Below, one piece after another: positions 54,497 through 64,000 of a stretch of DNA of 64,000 bases. The notes under the pieces are model-generated. The model was not told the DNA's origin. It saw only the letters and a list, made by a program, of their open reading frames with translations, and did not search any database. Source of the DNA: Octopus vulgaris (lineage: Eukaryota). Every line of letters begins with the position of its first letter. The first letter of the stretch is position 1. The DNA lies in assembly GCA_951406725.2 (NCBI GenBank), contig OX597814.1, positions 53,754,001-53,818,000 on the forward strand. Reading direction: 5' to 3'. A program made the position numbers and the translations under genes.

Positions 54497-57400
54497 CTGA
54501 AAAGATTTAAAGAATATCTCTGAAAATTTTCTTTTTTTTTTTTTTTTTTTGCAAATTTTCTTTTTTTTTTTTGTAAATTCATATAGTTGTAACATATAAA
54601 AGCAATTTTATACTTTTATAGAAAAGAAAAAGTATAATGATATTTGTGTGACAAATTGATGTGCAGAAATATGGGCAGTAATGGGAGATGCATGAAGTAT
54701 GGTAATGTATAAGTTTGAAAGATGGCCAATGAATGTAGAAGTGTAATACAGTATAACAAGAAAAATATTCACAAAGACGTAAAAGCACCTTTCGAATGAT
54801 GGGCCCCACAGAGGCAATAACCGAGTTCATTTGGCATTATACCATGCTTCAAAAGAAGACCCATCAAGCCAAGTAAAACCACAGTCATGGCAGATACCAG
54901 TATCATGCAAATGGCACCCGTGCCAGTGGTACATAAAAATACCAATTACACTATCAGGGTGCTTAGCATTAGGAAGGGCATCCAATCATAGAAACCATGC
55001 CAAAAGAGACTGGAGTTTAGTGCAGTCTTCCAGCTTGCCCGCCCTTGTCAAACTGTCCAATTCATGCCAGCATGGACAACAGACATTAAAATGATGATGA
55101 TAACAATGAGTATAACTTACTTCCAAAAATTTCTAGTTTTCTTTATCTAATGCAATTCAGTTATTGTTGTGCTGGGTGAAAGCCTCTACACAAATGCTAC
55201 TATCAGATTATCTATACTGTTTGTAGACCTACCTGTCCATAATGGCTAATTTTGGGTAGCATGGGGTGCTCCCATGGTCAGGTGGTCAGCCCTGGCAGCT
55301 AGGCAAGAATTAAACTAAGAACACAAACAGCGAGAACAGATACTGCAAGGCATCTTGCTCAACAATCAACAATTCTTCTAATACTTCTGGCTGGGATTTT
55401 ATTTATTGACCCTGAAAGAATTTTACAGCTAAATCTTCAACTAACTCTTTAGTATCTTTAAAACACTGACTTCAACTGTTAAATTGTTAGGACTCTGCAT
55501 CCCTCATACTAAGCATAAATTGTTCCATAATTAAAACACTGAGCAAATTTTAAAGTTCAAGTGCAACTTTAGACATCAATTAATTTGTGTATCCAAAGTG
55601 TTAGACCTGTTGGTGGCTCCTAAACATTCAGTTGGATATCCTAGTGGTATGAATCTTCTACAAACACATCAAATACACACACATTCATAAGTTACATATC
55701 ACAACACAAGATACATACACACACTGACATGCCAAACAACACTAAATACACATACATAAACACACACATACATAGAGCATGTAACACACAAATCCACATG
55801 CACATATACACACTTGAATCACAGACTTAAAAACTCTCAGCTTTACCCACCTCCCCAGTGAATCAGAACTGCAAAATGATGAGATAAAATAGCTACTACT
55901 ACTATTAAACTATTACAATAGACTATCCTTAAACTATGACATATGAAACACTATAATACTGTAATTAGGACAGGTCACTGGTTCCATGTCTTCACCTACA
56001 GTTGGACAATAACATTATCTATGTCAATCTCACTACCACCACCACCACAGCTGGTAGAGTTTTTCTTTGTTGTACTGTTTTACACTTCACACTTAATCTG
56101 AGGAAGAAAGCTCACATAAAATACTTTTCTGAACACTTCTGATCAATTATGACTAGGTGAAATTAGAGCAGTTAATGTTCCATTTTAACTGTTGTAGAAT
56201 TGTGGTTAGAAAAGCATGAGAAGGAAGAAGAACTTAGTCAAAGTTTTTAGTATAGTTAATCATTCATTATCAGTAGGATAAATAGTAAGTAGCCAGTGAT
56301 CACTGTTGTATGTGAAAATGACACTTTAGCCTACAGATCTAAGAAACACCATGGGTATACTAAAACAGGGGTGTCTGCAGCTTCAAAACTACACCAACTT
56401 TAGGTAGCAGCTATGATATATGACCTGTCTTGACTGCAGGGATAGCCATAACATGTCACCTGTGTTAACTGTAAAAGCAGCCTTTTCACCTATCTTGAGA
56501 ATATCTTGGCTGGTTCCCCATGCCAACAAAGTTCTTTACATATCCAGAGTAGTGAAGCCCTCAATTACCTCTCTTCCAAATAATGATTCAATTCAACCTG
56601 ACACAACAAAGATTATCCAGCAATAACAGGAATAATCACTACTTTTCATTTTCATGTAGGAAAATTTCTTCCCATCACTGTAGACCACCAAACTACAAGT
56701 CAATTTGAAGTTAGTCTGGTATTCTACTGCTATTTTCATATGATCACTCCATTTTTTTTTTTAAACTTTCATGTCTGTTTGGTTATGAAATAGGACAGAT
56801 AGAGAATACTAATGAGATATAACATCAGAACTATTAGTTCAAAAATTCAACACTGTATCCATTTATAAACTGTGACATCAACAAATGTTTTTTTCAATTA
56901 CAGAAGACTGATACATGTAGCAATAGGATCTTAATACATAAGCAAAGTTCCCTATGTGTCTCAGAAACAATCAAAATGTCAAAAGTTGTGAACCATATAT
57001 TTAGAAAATGTAAGTCTCTACATAGTCTCAGTTCTTCAGTTAAAGCATTCAAACTCAACAACAGTAAGGTTTTTATGTACATATTTTTACATATTTTCTA
57101 TATCCAAGTACAATTATCAGCAATATAGCCAACAAAACAAGCCAATAGCAATGTCACTTCATCTGCTGCAAAGGACAGCCAAATCTCTCTCAAATCACGC
57201 CCTACAATCTTAAATAGAGAACACATTACGCAATGCACTTCATGATATACAAAGACACAGTGGTTATTGGTGAAATACCTCTGACGCTATTTCTATACAA
57301 TAAAACTAGATACTTTAAAAATCAGTGAAATATCACAAAAAATTTATGTAAACTGCACTGAACACTATCAGGTACAAGGAGGCATAGTAGTTGCATATGT

Positions 57401-58374
57401 TTAAAGTACTAGAGTGCCAACTACAAGGCTACAAGTTTAAATTTTACAACTGATATAATGCAGTCTCTGAGCAATGCAAATGTCACTAACTGCTCCAATT
57501 AAGGCAGTGAGCTGGCAGAAATGTTAAGCTGGGCAAAATGCTTTATGTTCTGAGTTCAAATTCCGCCAAGGTCAACTTTGCCTTTCATCCTTTTGGGGGT
57601 CGATAAATTAAGTACCAGTTGCATACTGGGGTCAATCTAATCAACTGGCCCTCTCCCCAGAAATTTCGGACCTTGTGACTAGATTAGAAAAGACTACCTA
57701 CTCTAATTTAAATGACTGGCTGAACAAAGTGCCACCTTATACTTAAGAGTTGAATTGTAAACAATTTGTAAAATCTAGTCATACCAACAAAAATTATCTC
57801 ACTCATGCTATCGTGGAACAATAAGATGTATAACAATAAAATCAATAGTAATGTCAGACAAGTTATGTAGAGAAAAACAAGAAATCCAATATTTGTTCCA
57901 TTTTCAAAATAATCTTGCCAGTTCATGTTTAAGATATAATGTTGAAATACATTTTAATTCTTCTAAATTATATTTGGAACACTAAATGTCAAAAACATTC
58001 CTGTACTTCCCATGTTCCTCTCGTTCTTGTAAATTAGTATTTAAAATTTATTCTTGAAGGATTTAAATATTTTATCTACTATTGGTTTGTTGTATAGCCC
58101 TGATCAGTATTGTATCTGCTATTAGTTATTGTTGTGTGACTGTGACCAGTCCTAACAAGGTAGGTTTTTGACCTATTAGTTGTTAGTCAAACAACTACCT
58201 ATAATCATCAGATCCTGTACTCCGTTGACACTGCTACATGCAGAAGTTTATTACATGGTATACAATGTGGTAATTTAGGCATGTTGCATTTTCCACTGTT
58301 CAGTTTATTCCTATATACCTGTTGCTTTTGTTGTATTTGTCTTTAGCCACAAATCAGCCTTAACTGAACTGTTA

Positions 58375-60368
58375 TTAAAAGGCATTCCCAAGGGCTAAAA
58401 TGTCTTCAGCAAATGCTGCAGACGTGCTATCACCAAGCAAGTGCACACGCATGTTTGTGCTTAGGGTTGAGGTCTTAACCTGGAGCCACAACGTGGATGA
58501 CTTAAGGCATGCACACACTTCATCAGTCTGGCTCCCTTTAGGGATGACAGGAAGGGTTTGCCAGAAATCTGAAAGCAATAGAGTTACACCACCCATAGAA
58601 GCTGTAGAATCCCTGATACCTTTCAGTGACCAGTCCAGTGCCTCAAGGGCACCTTTATTGGTCATTGTGCATTCATCCCATACAATGAGACATCACTGTC
58701 TAAGAACTTCAGCTTCCTCTGAATTTTTGCCAATGTAAATGTAAAGGCAGCTTGAATGCCAAGTGCACCATCCTACCTCCCGGCAATAACATAGCAGCAA
58801 TTTCCAAGGAAGCAATGGCTAGCACAATTTGTTTCTTGCGACAAATCTTAGCAAGTATTAACTGTGTTACAAAGGATTTGCCGGTACCTCTAGCAACATT
58901 GAGGAAAAAATACCGCCTGCCTGTTTTTCAATGGCACTGATGACAGTTTTGTACACCAGCCACTGATCAGGGGGCAATTTCACAGCATCATATGACAACT
59001 CCAGAAGTAACTTTGGTGGGAATGTGTTAACGTCCTGTCGCAATGACAATGGCAAACCGAATGTGTTCAACACTGCCCCACCCATTATGAGCTGGGCATC
59101 CTCGATTTCAGTCAGCACATTATTGTAGATCAGGTTATTGTATCCAATGTCAGCATTAGGGTACTGTTGCTTTGCCAGTCATCATTTGCCTTGACCACAG
59201 AGAAAGGAAAATTACGTACAGAGAATTTCATAAACAGAAATGAATGGAAAAAAGGTTTTAGATTAAATTTTTAGATTAACACTTGCACGATTTTCACTAA
59301 GGAAAAAAAAATCGGATTTTTCTCATGGAATCAACTACCCTGGCCTCCTTATATGCTACCAAACCCTTCCTGTGATCCGAAAAACTGGGTGGGGTGGAGT
59401 GGAAGCCTCAGAAATTTCACCCCCCAGACCTATTGATCTTTTCACCATCTATTTTTCAATGTACATGGAAAAATACAGAGATTAAGAATATAGATAACAT
59501 TTATTTTTAATCTCAAATTTACCATGAAAAACTCTAGGCAAATTTTTAGATAACACTTGCATGATATTCACTAAGAAGTAGAAATCGGATTTTTTGCATG
59601 GAATCAACTACCCTGGTCTCCTAATATGCTACAAAACCCTTTTTGTGGTCCGAGAAATGTGGTGTGGTGAAGCCTCAGAAATTTTACCCATTTATATTGT
59701 GTAATTCCCTGACAAATTGTTACCTACCTCTTTGTTTCTATGTTGTTAAATAAATGGATTCTCAACAAAACACTTTTTTCCTTGGCATAAAATAAAAACA
59801 AAACTCTTTTGCACCCAAAGTAATGTGTGTGTGTGAGAGGGAGGGGGAGACGAATGATTTAAAATAAATAAATGATTTAAAATAAATATATTTTAATTGT
59901 TGTGTGAGAAAGTATATATAATCTGATTTTGAAATATAGTGTCTTTCAAAAACATCCTAAATTTGAATACTATATCTCGTGTTTAAGAAAAAAAACATTT
60001 TACATTTTTAATTTTGGTAAACGCTGTCACTTACTCTATCTCTCCCTTACACACACACACACACACACATACATACATCAACACACAACTTCTCTCTCTC
60101 CCTCACACACACACACTTTCACTTGGCTATGGCAAGAAGGGACTTAACTCATGTTAGCAAACTTCAAAATTGGTAAAAGTTATGGTTGAAAAGAGATTTT
60201 TACCACTATCCGCGAGTGCCTCGAGAAAAAGTAAGTTGACAAAACCCAGGTAGGATGTTGACAAATGTCCTCCTAAAATTGGAGCGACATGCATGCTAAT
60301 TTGTGGACATGCATGAACTACATTCACATACACACACACACACACATCCTGCCTTTTATATATACAGA
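58375..60368 (-). mobile_element. Decayed Helitron with PIF1-family helicase remnant
   Basis: FFLNVARGTGKSFV (Walker A), AIASLEIAAMLLPGGRMVHLAFKLP, WDECTM, GGVTLLLSDFWQTLPV, LSTNMR. Two direct repeats of about 150 bp at 59270 and 59545. Putative 5' end A|TCTGTATATATAAAA at 60368; 3' end not located. Confidence 0.85.
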
Positions 60369-60789
60369 TGTGTGGTACCTTGATCTAAGCCTTGATCTGA
60401 GCAAAGCTTTGTGAGTGTGTTACTTCTCCTTGCCTTGAGATCACATGGCAGTTGTAAACAAGTTTCACCATCAAGCAGTACCCTTCATTTCCAATCTTAC
60501 ACGAAGACATGTCTGGTCATTGCAAAATATTACCTCACTTGGCAACAGGTGAAGTTTGACAAACAGGTGAAGAAAGGCATCTAACCATAGAATATGCACC
60601 TCAAAAAATTCTCCCCCTCACCCAACACACGTGAGTATGGTAAACATTGAAATGATAATGTTATATATATATATATATATATATAAATAAAGTTAATCCA
60701 AACAAGAAAGCACAAAAAAACACAACAACGCGAGGACGTGGAACAAATACAGTATTATTGGATGCTCAGGAAAGAAGGAAAGAAGGAGG

Positions 60790-60824
60790 GTTTAACGTTT
60801 CGAGCAGAGCTCTTCGTCGGAAAC
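60790..60824 (-). ncRNA. Minimal type I hammerhead-like motif (Penelope-type)
   Basis: GTTT-CCGACGA-A-GAGC-TCT-GCTC-GAAA-CG-TT-AAAC, within an element of about 210 bp (60681-60897) flanked by (TA)n on both sides. Confidence 0.65.
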
Positions 60825-60897
60825 ATAGGAGAAGGAAAGATCCAGAGAGGGGAAGACAGAGGAAAAAAAATCGCCAACGGTACACACGAGGTCACAT

Positions 60898-60932
<35 letters not shown>

Positions 60933-61079
60933 TACAATTCAGTTAGAGGTTAAAATAGCCTCATTAAGGGATAGTAATATCCAATGAATTACTGGTTCAT
61001 TACCTAATATTTTTTTTTGTGAATTATAATATTCATAAAATAATAGATCTAAATATAAATCTTGGTTTACACATATTCA

Positions 61080-61423
61080 AAAGAAAACTAAGAAAATGGA
61101 GATGTAGCATTAATATAATTTATTATATGCAAAAATCCAACATATTCTCTTACATCTGTTTCAATTTAGCCTAAAAGATTAAATAGCAATAATTAAATCA
61201 TAATATTATGCAAAATCTCATCAGAGAGGTAGAAAACATAACACCTAATAACCTAACGGCATATCTTTTCTACCTCTTTGATGAGATTTTGCCTAATATT
61301 ATGATTTAATTATTGCTATTTAATCTTCTAAGATTTATTAAAACAGCTGTAAAAGAATATGTTGGATTTTTGCAGATGATAAATTATATTAATGCTATAT
61401 CTCCATTTTCTTAAATTTTCTTT
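61080..61423. repeat. Inverted repeat (arms about 155 bp, spacer about 30 bp), each arm carrying a hammerhead-like motif
   Basis: Arms 61080-61236 and 61267-61423 are reverse-complementary over their whole length. Confidence 0.9.
61147..61228 (-). ncRNA. Type I hammerhead-like motif with intact core and long stem II
   Basis: CTCT-CTGATGA-GATTTTGC...GCTAAATT-GAAA-CAGATG-TA-AGAG; stem I CTCT/AGAG is perfect; the opposite arm keeps the palindromic CAGCTG. Confidence 0.7.
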
Positions 61424-62584
61424 ATATACATACATATACTCTTTATCACAGCAGTTCCATATGATCATTTCTATGTTATACACATATAACAGAAAGTATA
61501 TTTGTATCATTATTTCATAAGTGAAAAGTTATCCTCTTACCCCTGCCCCCCCACCACCACTTTCTTCATAACTATATCCATTTTCATTCAATGTTATTTG
61601 TAGTTTTTTAACTGCAAGATTTTACAGAATCGAGTTCCATTGATGAAATGTTGATAGAAATGTACTCTATGCTTATTGTATCACATGAAAACAGTAATAT
61701 GGAATTGCAATATTAAAGATTTCTTTGATATCCATGCACTGCTGCCTAATGACTTTTCTGATATTGTGCACTACACTTCAAGTCCTATTTGGATATCAGT
61801 TTCTTTGATACCAATTTGACCGATCGACCGACCGACCGTCCATCCATACATATGCATAGAGGGAAAGAACATGAAGAAGATTAGTATTTACTACTAATAG
61901 AAATAATTTGAAGGGCACAACACTACTCTGTATCAAATAATACTTCATGAAGCAATTAGTCCATAAAACTTGAGCAATGTTTTTCATTATACTGAATGTT
62001 AAATGTGTGTGCCTGACTACATGGACCACATATAGGTACCACATTCAGGACCTAGTGGCCTCCAACAATCCTTTCAGTCTTCTGTTGGGAAATAACATCT
62101 CATACAGAAATCCTCCATTGAATCAATACCAGTAATATTTAATCTACATTACAAGAGTCTCAAATTGGCTTAGAGAGGTTATGCTCATGTCTTGAGTCAC
62201 ATCAGTGAGGGGAGAGGAAAAGTAGATCCTTTAAGGTCAGCATGGCTAACTTCTAGCTAAAGGCAAAAGAAGCAGTTAGTTCAAAGACAAATTTAGCACA
62301 GACTGAAATGGAACAACATCAACTCCTCACTACCTGCCTGCCAAACACTTCAGTAGTTTCACCTGGAATAAAAATGCACTCATTACCATTAAGAGAAGAA
62401 GGGAAAAAAGGCAGATACACAAAGCTACACCTACCCTACCAAATAAACATTTACACAGCTTGAATATTAAGGTTAGAAATGTAGTCACTAAAAATTAGGG
62501 AAAAGCTAGTAAACTTCTGTGATTTGGTAGACAACCACAAGTAAGCAAACAAAAATGTAAAAATGAGTGTAAGTGTGTGTGTGA

Positions 62585-62587
<3 letters not shown>

Positions 62588-62632
<45 letters not shown>
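62588..62632. repeat. (GA)n microsatellite
   Basis: Direct reading. Confidence 0.95.
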
Positions 62633-62636
<4 letters not shown>

Positions 62637-63787
62637 GGAGAGGTGTAGGCAAGGATGACTAAAGGATATAAATTAGGGTTCAATATTAATTACTACAGTA
62701 TTCTGGTTAGAAAGAAATTATGAAACCAACACATTTCAAAATCAAGTTCTGGGGACAGAAAATTAAAAATAGTTTTAAAACAAAGTATTAAGAGGGTGCT
62801 GACAAGAACAGTGAAGACTTCACATGGAGGGTTTATGTAGAGGTGTATACAATTTATAGTTCAGAGTAGCTATTTTCGAGTAGCTATTTTCGCAGAGTGA
62901 AAATTCAAATCAATATGGATAAATAAGCATTATATTTGATAGAGAAATCTGAATACTAAAGGGTTAAATTTGTTAACCCTTTATTTACCATATTTCTAAG
63001 GAAATACACTGTCTCTGTTTCAATTAATTTTGAAAATAACAAAGAATTTACTGAAGTAGTAATTTTGTCATTATTAACATGGTGAACATAAATGAATAAG
63101 GAACTATGAATAGGGAAGACTTTTCAGATCACTTTAAAACAGAGTTTCTACAACAGGATCAAAAGTGGTATCAGTCTGGTTGATGATCCATCAGTCTGTC
63201 CAGTAAAATGCATCTATGGATGTTCTCACTATTGTTATTTAATATGTTGATAGGAATTATGTCACTGCCTATGTTCATATTCACATGTACACATACACAC
63301 ATACAAATGCACATGCACATTCATAAATGTACACAATTGAAAATGATGATTTCAAATTTTGGCACAAGGCCAGCAATTTCGAGGGAGGGTGTTATATCGG
63401 TCCCAGAGTCCCACTGGTACTTATTTTATTGCTCTTCTCCCCCCCCCCCAACAAAAAAAAAAGGATGAATGGTAAAGTTGACCTCAGAAGAATTAAACTC
63501 AAAGCACCAAGATGGATGAAATGCTGTTGTGCATTTTGCCCAGCTTGCTAACAATTCTGTCAGCTTGCCACCATACTACTACTGAAAATATTGATAAGGA
63601 ATATATTGGTGCACAAATATATATTAGTATGTACACACATTCTCATTCCCCATTTCCCATTTTCATGTGACTTCACAGTTGTAAACAGCTGGTACACAAA
63701 ATGTGTGTCAGTTCACAAACACATTGAAAAACAGAAACATACACCCCTCATATATTCACACTGAAAAACATGCACATCTCATACATA

Positions 63788-63823
<36 letters not shown>

Positions 63824-64000
63824 CACACACACATGTTACTCTTACATAAGCTTTACTGTTATTAGCAGTAACCTAGATAGTTTCTACTATCCCTAACAGT
63901 AGTAAATATGATAATCATCATGATTTTTGTCATCACCATCATCAATATTTGTTGGTTAAACATGATTGCTTACAGGTATTATTATACCATTAGTTATTAT

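Noticed and set aside
58375-59118. Possible cellular PIF1 helicase gene
   Set aside because: Frameshifted, intronless and embedded in Helitron-like sequence; a transposon remnant
54497-64000. Search for upstream SNX16 exons (expected to end near a ...KFT motif)
   Set aside because: No matching exon with splice sites found by eye; presumably outside the window

Overview
AT-rich, microsatellite- and transposon-dense animal genomic DNA. The SINE/RTE repeat landscape suggests an octopus or other coleoid cephalopod; this is inference from recalled repeat families, not a database hit. Two spliced genes converge tail-to-tail. NDUFA5 (complex I B13 subunit) is complete on +: 5 coding exons, 22924-33615, 116 aa. 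The 3' part of SNX16 (PX domain plus coiled coil) is on -: 5 coding exons, 54496-41229; no upstream exons were found in the window. Most ORFs in the supplied track are translations of microsatellites or decayed transposons. Transposon content includes mariner, pogo-like, piggyBac MITEs, Helitrons, RTE, R4/Dong-like and CR1-like LINE fragments, and many tRNA-derived SINEs. The most notable signal not shown in the ORF track is a set of six type-I hammerhead-ribozyme-like motifs of the Penelope-associated minimal/dimer kind. Several have an unusually long stem II or sit inside long inverted repeats, one has a U3:A8 compensatory core, and three are in the sense strand of SNX16. The window also has long palindromes inside introns, a 1.1-kb tandem duplication and an interstitial TTAGGG tract just upstream of NDUFA5. 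Ribozyme activity, splicing and element families were read by eye and are untested.
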